DNA of 64,000 bases from Vulcanimicrobiota bacterium (GCA_050250895.1 JBFWNU010000001.1:3108891-3172890), one strand, 5' to 3'; counted from the stretch's first letter, positions 39,400 to 49,551 are shown. Translations and numbers: made by a program. The notes: generated by a model from the letters alone, not told the origin.

Positions 39400-40471
39400 C
39401 TCGCCGCCCAGCCACCCCGACCGTGGCTGCCAGGGCCACCACGTCCGGCCCATAGGCGGCCACCACGGCGGGGAGTCGACCGGCTTCGCAGAGCACTCCG
39501 GCTGCCGACGAGACCAGCCAGTAAACAAAGAAGATAACCATCGAGGAGGCCAGCGCAAAGGCCGGACCGGAACGCCCCGGCATCTGGCCGAGCTGCAGGG
39601 CCAGGGCTCCCAACACCAGGCAGGCTAAAGGCATGGCCAGCCGCTGATGATAGACAAGCAACAACCGCGCCGCGCTCTGGCGATCAGGGTGGGTCCGCAG
39701 GCGCTCTTTGATGTCGGCTCGCGAAAGCAGACGGGGTGGGCGCCGCTGCTTTAGCAGCTCCCGGGGGGCGCTCATCGGTTCGAGCGGACTGGCGCTATAG
39801 AGGTGTTCGGCGGTCAACTCGGTGGCCAGGTTCTCGTGGCCGTCGAAGGTGGTGCGCCTCACTCCTTCGAGTTTCCAGCCCCCCTCCTGCCAGACCGCCT
39901 TCTCGGCGTAGAGCTGCTGCTGGCGACGACCCTCGTAGAAGTAATTGACGAAGACGCCGCTGGCAGTCCCTTCCTCGGGTGAGAAGGTGCGAGCGCAGAC
40001 GAGTCTTTCGCGGCCGTCGGGCAAGACTTCCAGGCCGCTGACCAGGGCCCGGGAGAGGCCTTGTTTACTGTGGGACTCGAGCAGAAGCTCGGCGGCCTGG
40101 CTGGCGGTCTGGGGAACGACCTGGTCCGAGAGCCCAAAATTGAGCAGAGCCGCCAGGGCGAAAAGAGCCAGCCCGGGCCAGGTCACCGCCCAGGGTGAAA
40201 GCCCTCCTGACTGGATGGCCAGCAACTCGTTGTCGTTGGCCAGTCGGCGGTAGGCAGTCAGGGTGCCAAGCACGATACCCATGGGCAAAGTGAGCACCAA
40301 CCAGCTCGGCGCCATCAGGAGAAGATAGCGGCCGGTGGTGGAAGCCCCGCGGGCCTCCAGCAGAATCCGGCCGGGACCGGCCACTAGATCCACCGACATC
40401 AGCAAGGCCAGAAATAGCGCGATGCCGGCCAGGATCGGTCCGATCAATTCGCCCAGCAGATAGCGAGTCAC
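39386..40471 (-). CDS. LptF/LptG family permease
   Basis: RYLLGEL, RLANDNELLAIQSGGLS, periplasmic beta-jellyroll, RLAMPLACL. Confidence 0.85.
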   Translation of the reverse strand: MTRYLLGELIGPILAGIALFLALLMSVDLVAGPGRILLEARGASTTGRYLLLMAPSWLVLTLPMGIVLGTLTAYRRLANDNELLAIQSGGLSPWAVTWPGLALFALAALLNFGLSDQVVPQTASQAAELLLESHSKQGLSRALVSGLEVLPDGRERLVCARTFSPEEGTASGVFVNYFYEGRRQQQLYAEKAVWQEGGWKLEGVRRTTFDGHENLATELTAEHLYSASPLEPMSAPRELLKQRRPPRLLSRADIKERLRTHPDRQSAARLLLVYHQRLAMPLACLVLGALALQLGQMPGRSGPAFALASSMVIFFVYWLVSSAAGVLCEAGRLPAVVAAYGPDVVALAATVGVAGRRVRGR

Positions 40472-41187
40472 GAGTTGAAGGTGGCTCCCAGGTAGTGCTC
40501 TCGAACCTTCGGGTCACGTCGGATCTCGTCGGCCGTTCCGGCCAGCAGAATTCGGCCGTCGACGATGACGTAGCCTCGGGTAGCCACCTCCAGAGCCGCT
40601 CGCACGTTGTGGTCGGTGATCAGCACGCCCAGGCCCGCCACGGCCAGGCGACCAACCAGCTCGCGAAGGTCGTCGATGGTCACCGGGTCAAGACCCGCAA
40701 AAGGCTCGTCCAGCAACAGGTAGGTCGGGTTCAGCATCAGGGCTCGAGCCAGTTCCAGCCTTCGCCGTTCGCCACCCGAGAGGGTCGCGGCCGATTGGTT
40801 CCGCAGGGCAGCCAGCGAGAACTGGGCGAGCAGGTCCTCGGCTTTGGCCTCAAGAGCAGCCACCGCCTGACCCCGCGCCCGGGGCAAGATGGCCAGATTC
40901 TGCCACACGGAAGCCCGGCGAAAGACCGAACTCTCCTGAGGAAGATAGGCCAGGCCGAGGCGCGAGCGCTGATACGCTGGCATCGCGGTCACATCGGCCG
41001 TGGCCAGCTTGACGGCGCCCTGTTCGGCCCGAAGGTGGCCCGCCAGGATCGAGAAGACGGTGGTTTTTCCAGCTCCGTTGGGTCCGAGCAAAGCTACCAC
41101 CTCGCCGGCTTCGACCTCGAGCGAGATATCCTGGGCGACGATTCGCCCTCCGTAGGACTTGGTCAAGGCCTCGGCAATGAGTGTCAT
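40468..41187 (-). CDS. lptB: LPS export ABC ATPase LptB
   Basis: GPNGAGKTT, YLPQESSVFR, LSGGERRR, LDEPFAG, ITDHNVR. Confidence 0.9.
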   Translation of the reverse strand: MTLIAEALTKSYGGRIVAQDISLEVEAGEVVALLGPNGAGKTTVFSILAGHLRAEQGAVKLATADVTAMPAYQRSRLGLAYLPQESSVFRRASVWQNLAILPRARGQAVAALEAKAEDLLAQFSLAALRNQSAATLSGGERRRLELARALMLNPTYLLLDEPFAGLDPVTIDDLRELVGRLAVAGLGVLITDHNVRAALEVATRGYVIVDGRILLAGTADEIRRDPKVREHYLGATFNS

Positions 41188-41741
41188 AAGCTCGAGAAGT
41201 CAAAGTCCAGCGAGAACCGCAGGCCGCTGGCCTGGGCCCGGCCGCGGCGGTTTTGGACCAGGTAAGGGCCCGGAATCTCGAAGGCTGCGGCCTCGGGGTT
41301 CCAAAAAGCCTGGCTGGCTTGCAGTTCGAGATCGCGATGCTGAAGGCGAAAGCCCAGCAGTTCGGTGGCCCGCCCGGGCTTGGATTGGGCCTGGTCGGCC
41401 GCGATGGTGATCCAGTCCCCCCCGCGCCTCTGACGCAGTTTCAGGCCGCGGATCAAGACCGGCAGGCGGGCCTCGAGCAAGGTGTCCAGGGCCGCGAAAG
41501 GATCGGGTTCGTGACTCTCGATTTCGGCCTGATCGAGTTCATAGCGAAACAGGCCCCGCACCCCGAAAACTCCAAAGACAGGCTGCCGGCCCAGCGCCAA
41601 CTCAGCGACCACCAGCCGGTAGGACAATTGGCCGGCACGATAGCGTCCAAACTCGACCTGTCTGGCTCGAAGCTCGGCGCTCTCGGGCGCGGCCAATCCT
41701 GCTGAACTCAACAGCAGGCACACCAGCAGAAGGCTTCTCAC
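41184..41741 (-). CDS. Exported hypothetical protein (possibly LptC/LptA-like)
   Basis: Signal peptide, beta-rich, ends overlap lptB and the upstream gene. Confidence 0.6.
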   Translation of the reverse strand: MRSLLLVCLLLSSAGLAAPESAELRARQVEFGRYRAGQLSYRLVVAELALGRQPVFGVFGVRGLFRYELDQAEIESHEPDPFAALDTLLEARLPVLIRGLKLRQRRGGDWITIAADQAQSKPGRATELLGFRLQHRDLELQASQAFWNPEAAAFEIPGPYLVQNRRGRAQASGLRFSLDFDFSSL

Positions 41742-43237
41742 TGCAGGATGTCGGGAATTCCGTTCATGTTCGTATCGTGGTTCGGGTCGGCCAGGCTGCC
41801 GGGCACGGCCGGAACGAACACTGGCGAGAATGGCATCCCCATGAAGAACCCGTTGGCGTGATCGCCTGCCAGGGGCGGGAAGAAGGGTCGCAGGTCGAGA
41901 CCATTGGCGAAGTAGTTAGGCAGATCGAGAGTCCCCTGGTCACCGTTGGAAGCCATCGTCATCACCTGCGAAGTCAGGGCGTTGCGATAGGCCGTGATGT
42001 CGTTGCGAAAGGCCGTGATGTCGGCCGGCGGAACGTTGAGGATGTTGATGAAGTCATCACTCTGGGGGTCGGTCTCGGCGGCCATGAAATCCAGGGCCGC
42101 CAGGGCATCGTCGAGCGAGCCCGACAGCTGGGCCGGAACGCCGCCCAGCAGAGAGCGGTCGAGATGGTTTCCGGCGTTAGGGTTGTTGCCGAACAGCGTG
42201 GCCAGGGTGCGCAGCGGGTCGTTGAGTGCGACGCCCACGTCGCTGCTACCCAGGTCGTAACTGGTGGCCACCAAGAGACCCGCCAGGATGGAACGATAGC
42301 CCGCCCGCAGGGCCAGCACATCGCCGTAGTCGCTCTCGACATTCTTGAGGGGTCCGTCGGTGAGAAACGACCAGTTGATGGCAAAGCCCGTGGAAATGGC
42401 GTTGAGATTGGCGATGGCGCCCTCGACTTCAGAGCGCAGGCGACCGCCCAGAAAGATGCGGGCTTCGCTGGCTGAGAGCCCCAGATTGAAAGAGGCGGGA
42501 GCCGTCAGGCTCTTGTAGTCGGTGCGCCCGGCGGCAGCAAAGCCGAGCAGGTCGAGGAAGTCTCCCATTCGGTTAAGGTCGGTGGCGTTGCCGTCGGACG
42601 GAAGTTCCGCGGCCACTGCGGCCACTCGGGTCAAGGCGTAGAAGAAGTTGGCCTGGTCCGAGTCCACCTGGGAGGTAGTGCTGCCGATGTTGGCAACGGC
42701 TTGTTGGAACAGGTCGCGGGCCGAGACCAGATTGGCGTAGCCGCCCAACTGAAGCAGGGCCAGGCCCTGGGTGACCAATCCAGCCACGTCGCCCCCGATT
42801 CCGCCGCCGCTGCCCAGCGAGAAGGCTACCTGGGTGACCTGGCCAGGATTGACGGGAACGAGTTGCTCTTGGAAGAGGGTGACCTCGCCGAGGCTGTTAT
42901 GGACCTCGATCCGTACCAACCAGGTGCCGGGTAGAACTCCGGTGACCACTAGCGTCTGGGTGGTCGAGTTGCCGTCGGGTGAGAAGACCGAGGTGGGGTG
43001 AATCGGAGTCCGAGTCTGAGGGTCGAGGATCATGACCTGAATCTCGGTGACCGAACTGGTCGATTGGGCCAACACGCGCGGGTTGGGGTAGGAAACCCTG
43101 AGGCGCAGTTCGGCCAGATTCGAGCCGGGACCAGGACCCGCTGAGGGCGTGCCGCCGGCGGTTTGGCCGCCGCCGCCGCAGGCAGCCAGACAGGTCAGTA
43201 GAAATAGGCAAATGAGCCCGTGGAATTTGGAATGCAT
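41738..43237 (-). CDS. Lipoprotein sharing its N-terminal module with 35049-36824; helical C-terminus
   Basis: LAAC-GGGG; shared GTPSAGPG, ILDP.T..P.HP, PVNPGQVTQ. Confidence 0.8.
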   Translation of the reverse strand: MHSKFHGLICLFLLTCLAACGGGGQTAGGTPSAGPGPGSNLAELRLRVSYPNPRVLAQSTSSVTEIQVMILDPQTRTPIHPTSVFSPDGNSTTQTLVVTGVLPGTWLVRIEVHNSLGEVTLFQEQLVPVNPGQVTQVAFSLGSGGGIGGDVAGLVTQGLALLQLGGYANLVSARDLFQQAVANIGSTTSQVDSDQANFFYALTRVAAVAAELPSDGNATDLNRMGDFLDLLGFAAAGRTDYKSLTAPASFNLGLSASEARIFLGGRLRSEVEGAIANLNAISTGFAINWSFLTDGPLKNVESDYGDVLALRAGYRSILAGLLVATSYDLGSSDVGVALNDPLRTLATLFGNNPNAGNHLDRSLLGGVPAQLSGSLDDALAALDFMAAETDPQSDDFINILNVPPADITAFRNDITAYRNALTSQVMTMASNGDQGTLDLPNYFANGLDLRPFFPPLAGDHANGFFMGMPFSPVFVPAVPGSLADPNHDTNMNGIPDILQ

Positions 43238-43322
43238 CGAACGCGAAATCCCCTCCGAAAGTAGCCGACTCCTTCGGACAGTAGACGACTTCCCCTGTGC
43301 CTTGAGTGAAATATTGGTTCGC

Positions 43323-45467
43323 TCACCGTTCGGATTGAGAAATCAGCAAAAGCTTCAGGCCGGCCGGGTTGAGATTGGCCAGGTCCAGCAGATAGCTCGG
43401 CGCCAGGACGAACTTGACGGCCTCGGCCTTGACCGTGATATGGCCGCCCAGCAAGCTCGAATCGCCGGGCTGCTCGACGCTCGGGTCCCCGCCGTAGGCG
43501 ATGACGGTGCCTTGAATGTTCAGTTTTCCCCAACGGGTGACATCGTCGTGACCGAGCTTGCCGATGAAGTCTCCCCAGCTGTAGACGACGCCCTTGAGCT
43601 TGACATCGAAGTAGTCATAGCTGGTGCCGACCTTCTGCAGAGGAGCGATGACGATGTCCTCGCGGGAATAAAGGCTGAAACCCTCGGCGACGGCTCCTGG
43701 ATTGGCGGCCAGGTCGATACCCAGACCGGCCAGCCGGATCTGACCTCCGGCGATGAGCGAAGCACCCTCGCCCTTGAGCCGGCCCCCGATGCGAATGTCT
43801 CCCTCCGAGGTCACGGCGGCGTATTCGCCCGTCGGGTCGATCTCGAACTGCAGGTCCTGAGGCGTGATCGAGTCCGACACACTCGCCTCGTTGAGAAACT
43901 GGAGCTCTTCCGGGGCCACTCCTCCGCTGGAATAGGTGGCCGAAATGTAGGTGTTGGCGGCCGAGTTCGAGACGCTGGTGCCGGGCCCGCTGGTGTAGGG
44001 AGGGTTGGTCAGGGCGGCCCCCCCCACGGCGGTGAAAGTCTGGCCGCTAAAGAGTTCGCTCAGCAACATCGAGGCCGACCCGCTGGCCACCACCGTGCCG
44101 CTGGGAATGTCCCAATTGAGTTGGCCGCTACCGTAGGGTGAGGTGTATTGACCGTTACTGGCGACCTGGGAGAGGAAGTCTTGCAGGTCGGCCGGATTGG
44201 CGGCCAGATAGGTCGGGGCCGACGAAATGTCCACCGGAGTGCCCGGGCTGGGAGGCTGTTCGGCCGCGCCGTGGCGGGGGATGACGGTCAGATCCTGGGT
44301 GCCGGCCAGAGTCGACTCGACGTAGACGCTGTCGGTGATTCGCAAGGTCGGCTTGCCGCTGGCGTTGGTGCCCAGACCCAGCGGTCCGCCGGTCACCACC
44401 GAGCCCGCCAGGCCAGGATTGGCGGTGATGGCGTCGACGTAGTCTTCGTAATTCATGTCGTAGTAATGAAAGCTCGAGTCGGCCTCCCAGAAGACATAGA
44501 CGCCGGCGGGCACGGTGTCGTTGGTGGAATCGGCCTTTTTGAGCTGGTCCCAGGCCACCCGATAAAAGTCGTCGTTAGACTCGACGCCGCGATTGACGTT
44601 GGCGCCTTCGTTGGCGGTGATGGTCGATTTGGCCAGTAGCTCGCCGGCCGAGGTCGAGGTGGCTTCCAGGTTGACGGGGCCGCCGTTGGTGACCTCGAGT
44701 TCGGCCTTGGAACGGATGCGGGGGGCGGCGTCGCTGGCGCTGGCCAGCTCGACCTGGCCGCTTCCCTGCAATTCGACGCTGAACTTGGCGCCGCTCATCG
44801 AGGCGGCGTCCTCGACCGGGGTGGTGGTTAGCTGCAACTCGTCGATCTGATGGATCGACTCGATCACCCGCCGGGTCGCCGAATGAAGGGTAGGATTGGG
44901 GTTGGCGCTGGTGGCCCCGGTCAGTTCCGAGCTACTCACCCCCTCCACCACCAGGGCTACGCAATGAGCCGGCACGGGATGGTCGGCTTGATTGCCGTCA
45001 ACCGACCAGCCAGGCCCGTCGGCGATCGGGATGGGAGCCGGCAGCGAGGCCATCAGGTTGTTGACCGAAAGATGGGGGTTGTCGATGGTGAGGGTAGGAT
45101 CGTCCATCCCGTCCTCTCCGCCGCCGCCGTCTTGATAATTGAAGCGCAGTCGGAACTGGCTGGTGAGCGAGCCGCTCCGGATCAACCCGATGACGTTGCC
45201 GTGGTCTTCCACGACCACCAACTCGGGAGTCTCCACGACCACCGCGTTGGCGTCACCGCGCCAGTTGGGATCGACCTGCAGTCGGGCCAGGGCGTAGTCT
45301 CGGCCCGACAGGGCCGCGGCTTCGGCGGCCGTGTCCCGCTCGCCGCTGCGAACGAGGCCAAAATTCTGAGGGGCGATAGCGGTGGCGGCGGCGACATACA
45401 TGGCCACCAGCAGGGCCATCAACATCACGCCAATGAGCACGATGCCCGTGTTTCGAACTTTTTTCAT
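43323..45467 (-). CDS. PilX-like minor pilin/adhesin
   Basis: KKVRNTG-IVLIGVML pilin-like N-terminus, AEAAALSGRDYA, large beta-rich domain. Confidence 0.7.
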   Translation of the reverse strand: MKKVRNTGIVLIGVMLMALLVAMYVAAATAIAPQNFGLVRSGERDTAAEAAALSGRDYALARLQVDPNWRGDANAVVVETPELVVVEDHGNVIGLIRSGSLTSQFRLRFNYQDGGGGEDGMDDPTLTIDNPHLSVNNLMASLPAPIPIADGPGWSVDGNQADHPVPAHCVALVVEGVSSSELTGATSANPNPTLHSATRRVIESIHQIDELQLTTTPVEDAASMSGAKFSVELQGSGQVELASASDAAPRIRSKAELEVTNGGPVNLEATSTSAGELLAKSTITANEGANVNRGVESNDDFYRVAWDQLKKADSTNDTVPAGVYVFWEADSSFHYYDMNYEDYVDAITANPGLAGSVVTGGPLGLGTNASGKPTLRITDSVYVESTLAGTQDLTVIPRHGAAEQPPSPGTPVDISSAPTYLAANPADLQDFLSQVASNGQYTSPYGSGQLNWDIPSGTVVASGSASMLLSELFSGQTFTAVGGAALTNPPYTSGPGTSVSNSAANTYISATYSSGGVAPEELQFLNEASVSDSITPQDLQFEIDPTGEYAAVTSEGDIRIGGRLKGEGASLIAGGQIRLAGLGIDLAANPGAVAEGFSLYSREDIVIAPLQKVGTSYDYFDVKLKGVVYSWGDFIGKLGHDDVTRWGKLNIQGTVIAYGGDPSVEQPGDSSLLGGHITVKAEAVKFVLAPSYLLDLANLNPAGLKLLLISQSER

Positions 45468-45526
45468 TTTTAGCTCTCACCTTCCAGGAAGGACGGACAC
45501 CCTGTGGTAAAATGTTAGAGTCGAAC

Positions 45527-46024
45527 ATGTGTTTCTCCTTCTCTAAGAGGCAAGGCTTCACGCTGGCAGAGATGATTCTGGCCATCGCCTTCGCGGCTGT
45601 GGCCATTCTGACTCTGCTCGTGTTGTGCGGCTCGGCCTTGCGCGCCAACCAGCGGACTGCGGACTCGACTCTGGCCGAAACCTTGGCTCGGTCAGAATTC
45701 GAGCGCCTGCGGGCACGGGTGGCCGGCGACGAGCCGGCCGGTTGCCACGACAGCTTTTGGAACCACACGGGACCGGGGCCCTGGACACCCCCCTGGAACC
45801 CGAGTGGCCAGGTGCGTCTGGATCGAACCGACTTTAGCCTCACCATCTATGCTGAAACGGTGCCCGACGCCACCACCGGCTTCGCCCTGGGCACCGGCCT
45901 CACGGGGGTCGAGCACCCTGACAATCGGGTCAAGAAGGTCGATCTGGTGATCAGCTGGATGGATGGCGAGCGCCAGGGTTATGGCCGCACCACCATCCAT
46001 CGTAGTCGGCTGGTGTGCGAATGA
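45527..46024 (+). CDS. Prepilin (PilV-like minor pilin)
   Basis: KRQG-FTLAE N-methylation motif; KKVDLVISW. Confidence 0.85.
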   Translation: MCFSFSKRQGFTLAEMILAIAFAAVAILTLLVLCGSALRANQRTADSTLAETLARSEFERLRARVAGDEPAGCHDSFWNHTGPGPWTPPWNPSGQVRLDRTDFSLTIYAETVPDATTGFALGTGLTGVEHPDNRVKKVDLVISWMDGERQGYGRTTIHRSRLVCE

Positions 46025-46779
46025 GACGCGGCTTCTCGATGCTCGAGGTGATCGTGGTGCTCGGCATGGCGGCCCTGGTGGCGCTCGTTTTTCAACTGGC
46101 TTTTCGCCAGAGTATCGGCGTCTATCGCAAAGTGGCCAGTGAGGACCTGGCCATGCGCAATCTGCGCAAAGCACGCGATCGTCTCAGTCAGGAGTTGGCC
46201 GTGTCTTGTTTTCAAGAAGTGCGGGTGAGTCCCGGCCCCACCAGTTTGGTGGGTCGCGACGGTGACGCGGTCTGGTTTTTATCGGCCGTCGATCCGGCCA
46301 CCGGCCACTTCATGCGGCGCCAGGACGGAACCCCGTTCTGGCAGAGGACCATCCTCTACTACCCGGTGATTCCCGCCAACAAGTTCGCAGGAGCGGGGTT
46401 GGAGGTGGGCGGCTATGAGGTGAGTTGCCCCAACAAGGTGCTGGTTCGCAAGGTCTTCGATACCGGTCCGGCCACCCACCCCGCCGACGAGTCCACGGCC
46501 GAGGAGTTGCCGGCTGACATGACCCCGTTCTTGGACCGGCCCGATGGTTTTGACACCAGCGCCATGAGCGGCCAGACGGTGAGCCTGGTCGCCACCGACC
46601 TGATCACCTTTCGGGCGGTGGCCGACCCGGCCGTGCGCGAGGTGCGTTTTGACGTGCGTAGTCTGGCCATCGGTGACGCCAGTCGCGAACTGGCGGTGGG
46701 CTCGGTGGACCTGCTCGAGACGCGCTTTACCAGCCGGCTCGATTTTTCTATCTTCCCGATCAATCGCAGCACGCCCTGA
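46021..46779 (+). CDS. Prepilin (PilW/GspJ-like)
   Basis: RRG-FSMLE motif; ATGA overlap with the upstream gene. Confidence 0.85.
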   Translation: MRRGFSMLEVIVVLGMAALVALVFQLAFRQSIGVYRKVASEDLAMRNLRKARDRLSQELAVSCFQEVRVSPGPTSLVGRDGDAVWFLSAVDPATGHFMRRQDGTPFWQRTILYYPVIPANKFAGAGLEVGGYEVSCPNKVLVRKVFDTGPATHPADESTAEELPADMTPFLDRPDGFDTSAMSGQTVSLVATDLITFRAVADPAVREVRFDVRSLAIGDASRELAVGSVDLLETRFTSRLDFSIFPINRSTP

Positions 46780-47716
46780 GCAAGGCGGCGATGGTGGTCT
46801 GGCCGAGTTCGCGAGTGAGCTGGGTGACCGAATAGAACATCGCTTCTCGGACCAGCCGCTGGGCCGGATGGTCCAGGCTGTTGGCCCGCCCTCCGGCCGA
46901 AACCACGCTGGCCTGGGCCGCCAGCAATCCCAGCCGCACGGCTCGGGCGCGGATCTCTAAGCCATCCTCCCCGCCCTGCCACCGGCGGGCCCGTTGGCGT
47001 AAACTCTCGTACTCTCGTCTCAGCAGCGGCTCGGGCACCAGCTCGAGGGCTGCTCGGGTCACCCCCAACGAGCGAGCCGAGTTGGCCACGATGTTGGCCA
47101 GGTCTCGACCCGCCAGTTCCTGGGGCGTAACCCGGGCCAACAGGCGCTCGGCCGGAAGCTCCAGGTCGAGCTCGAGGGCCACTGTGTTGGAGGCTTGCAT
47201 GGCGCATAAGAGCTGGACGGGACCAGGCCTGACCCGGTCGAGTTCGGTGACGGCGAAAAGAAAGTCTCCCTCGGCGGTGGTGCCAGCCACCACCACGTCT
47301 TGCATCAGTCCCCAGCCGGTGAACCAGGGGGCCGTGCCGCGAAAGCGCAGGTGCCCTCCCTCGAGCCGGGCCTCGACCTCGACGCGCGGCCGGCGGATGT
47401 GGGCAAAGCAGATGCCGGCCAGGCGACGACCGCTGGTCCACTCCGGCAAGAATTGCGCGGCTAACGGCGTGCCGACCACCCGACGACAGGCGCTCTCATG
47501 CTGGCTCGACACGAAGGTGGTCACCCCGCAAGCCGACGACATCAGCTCGAGATAGTCGAAGCGCTCGAGACGATCGGCCTCGAGCAGAGGCCGATAGAGG
47601 CCCGAGGCGGCCAGCTGGCGGACCTGCTCGGCGACCACTTCCCAGCTCTGGTCAGCGCGCTGGGCCTGCTGGCGGAACTGTTCGGCGAAGCCGGCGGCGA
47701 TGGCCATCCAATCCAT
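46760..47716 (-). CDS. Acyl-CoA dehydrogenase-fold flavoprotein
   Basis: GTAPWFTGWG, GGRANSLDHPAQRLVREAMF; start set at MDWM (47716). Confidence 0.8.
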   Translation of the reverse strand: MDWMAIAAGFAEQFRQQAQRADQSWEVVAEQVRQLAASGLYRPLLEADRLERFDYLELMSSACGVTTFVSSQHESACRRVVGTPLAAQFLPEWTSGRRLAGICFAHIRRPRVEVEARLEGGHLRFRGTAPWFTGWGLMQDVVVAGTTAEGDFLFAVTELDRVRPGPVQLLCAMQASNTVALELDLELPAERLLARVTPQELAGRDLANIVANSARSLGVTRAALELVPEPLLRREYESLRQRARRWQGGEDGLEIRARAVRLGLLAAQASVVSAGGRANSLDHPAQRLVREAMFYSVTQLTRELGQTTIAALLRACCD

Positions 47717-47830
47717 AAAGCGCCCTTCGGCCGGGGTCAGATCGGTCCTTTCGGAAGCGGGTTTACCTGGCTGTAACAACTTTCTAACCTTTTTGGAACA
47801 TGATCTCGCCTGGAAGGACGGTAGAACCCA

Positions 47831-49273
47831 ATGCAAATCCACGCCAACTCTCTCAACTCCACCCCACGAACCTTCAGCTACAACCAGCAGGACTCGTCGG
47901 TCATGCCGGCGGCCACCATCACCCTCGACGATGTCTCGGTCGGCCGTACCCCGGCCACCGACCTGGTGAAACTGCGCAACATTCACTTTCTACCGGCCGA
48001 AGGCCGTTTTGAGCCCGACCCCGCTACCACCCTCAAAGCCAGCAGCAACGGCGACTTCGTCTATTCCGAAGGCAGCCGCGACTACACCACCGCCAACGCT
48101 TTCGCCAGCACCGCCCACACGGTGGCGACCTTCAACGACAAGCTCGAGCAACTCACCGGTAAGTCGATTCATTGGGCCTTCGACGAGGGGCACTTGGGGG
48201 TGGCACCTCACGCCGGGGACAAGATTGCCGAGGACTTTCCCAACGCTTTCTACTATCGCCCCGCTGGCAACCTGTTCTTTTTCAACTATCACAGCGGCGG
48301 CCAGGCCACCAGCACCGGCAACTCGGGCGAGATCGTGGGCCACGAAGCCGGCCACGCCATCCTCGACGCCCTGCGTCCCAATCTGATGGGCTCGTTCAGC
48401 TTCGAAGCCGCAGCCTTTCACGAGGCTTTCGGCGACGCCGTCTCGATCTTGATGTCGCTTGAAGACGAGCGCACTCTAGCCCTGGCTGCCCGCCAGACAG
48501 GTGGTGACCTTTCCAACCCCAATATCATCTCTGAGTTGGGAGAAGAAATGGGCCCGGCCATCGGCCGCAGTTCGGTGCGCGATGCGCGCAACAACTTCCG
48601 CTACGTCGATCCCGACAGTCTGCCGGACCCCAGCAACGAGCGCGTCCCCGCTGACCAGTTGGCTCGCGAGTCGCACAGCTTCGCCCGGGTCTGGACGGGA
48701 GCTTTCTATGAATTGCTCGATAAGGTGGCCGACGACTACCGCGCCCGCGGCGCCAGCCCTCAAGAAGCCCTGCGCGAGGCGGGCCGCGAGGGTTGGAAGA
48801 TGCTCATCGGCCAGATCGACAACGCTCCTCGGGGTAGCTACGTGACCTTCCGCGACATGGCCGGAGCCCTGTTGCGGGGTGATGCCCAGCAGAACGGCGG
48901 AAATCGCCAGGAATTGATCCGCGATGTTTTTGGCGGTCGTAACATTCTCGGCCCCGAGCCCGAGGTCCAGTTTGCCACCGCGGGGGCGGCCCCTCGCCAG
49001 TTCGAGCTGACCCTGGGCCAGGAGTTCGGCGAGCTGGCTGGAGCCAGGGTGAGCTTCCAGGACGAACCCGCCATCTTCGCCTCGAACAGTCCCAAGCACG
49101 GCGAGCGCATCAAGAAGGATCTGGCCGCTCTGCACCGCAACGGCGACATCCTGGTGCCGGCCGAAGGTCACGAGCCTACGCTGGCCGACTTCTTGCGCCC
49201 CGACGGCTCGCATTATCACGCCTATCTCGACCGAGCGAGCAACGAACTCAAACCCGTGCTCCTCGCCGGATGA
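47831..49273 (+). CDS. Zinc metallopeptidase (M36/M4-like gluzincin)
   Basis: NAFY, HEAGH, FHEAFGD, ESH; no Sec signal. Confidence 0.87.
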   Translation: MQIHANSLNSTPRTFSYNQQDSSVMPAATITLDDVSVGRTPATDLVKLRNIHFLPAEGRFEPDPATTLKASSNGDFVYSEGSRDYTTANAFASTAHTVATFNDKLEQLTGKSIHWAFDEGHLGVAPHAGDKIAEDFPNAFYYRPAGNLFFFNYHSGGQATSTGNSGEIVGHEAGHAILDALRPNLMGSFSFEAAAFHEAFGDAVSILMSLEDERTLALAARQTGGDLSNPNIISELGEEMGPAIGRSSVRDARNNFRYVDPDSLPDPSNERVPADQLARESHSFARVWTGAFYELLDKVADDYRARGASPQEALREAGREGWKMLIGQIDNAPRGSYVTFRDMAGALLRGDAQQNGGNRQELIRDVFGGRNILGPEPEVQFATAGAAPRQFELTLGQEFGELAGARVSFQDEPAIFASNSPKHGERIKKDLAALHRNGDILVPAEGHEPTLADFLRPDGSHYHAYLDRASNELKPVLLAG

Positions 49274-49338
49274 TGGGATGCCCCCTGCGCCTACCCGCGA
49301 GGGTGGGGCGCAGGTCTGGCGCAGCCTAACATTCGGTT

Positions 49339-49551
49339 ATGAGCACTCGCCAGAAACTCATCCGTTTGATCGACCAGTTGCCGGAGGCAGAGCTGAGCAA
49401 CGTTCGCGACTATCTCGAAGGCCTGGTGGCGCGCGAGCGACCGTCGGGTCATCTTGACAGCCTGCGCCAGTTGATGCGGGCCGATATTCGCCGCTACCGG
49501 TTGTCGAGCCGGCTTCACTGTGATGAACTCGAACCCGAGCCTCTCAACTAA
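49339..49551 (+). CDS. Small helical protein (antitoxin-like N-terminus)
   Basis: RQKLIRLIDQLPEAELSNVRDYLE; TAACAT 6 nt before the ATG. Confidence 0.6.
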   Translation: MSTRQKLIRLIDQLPEAELSNVRDYLEGLVARERPSGHLDSLRQLMRADIRRYRLSSRLHCDELEPEPLN

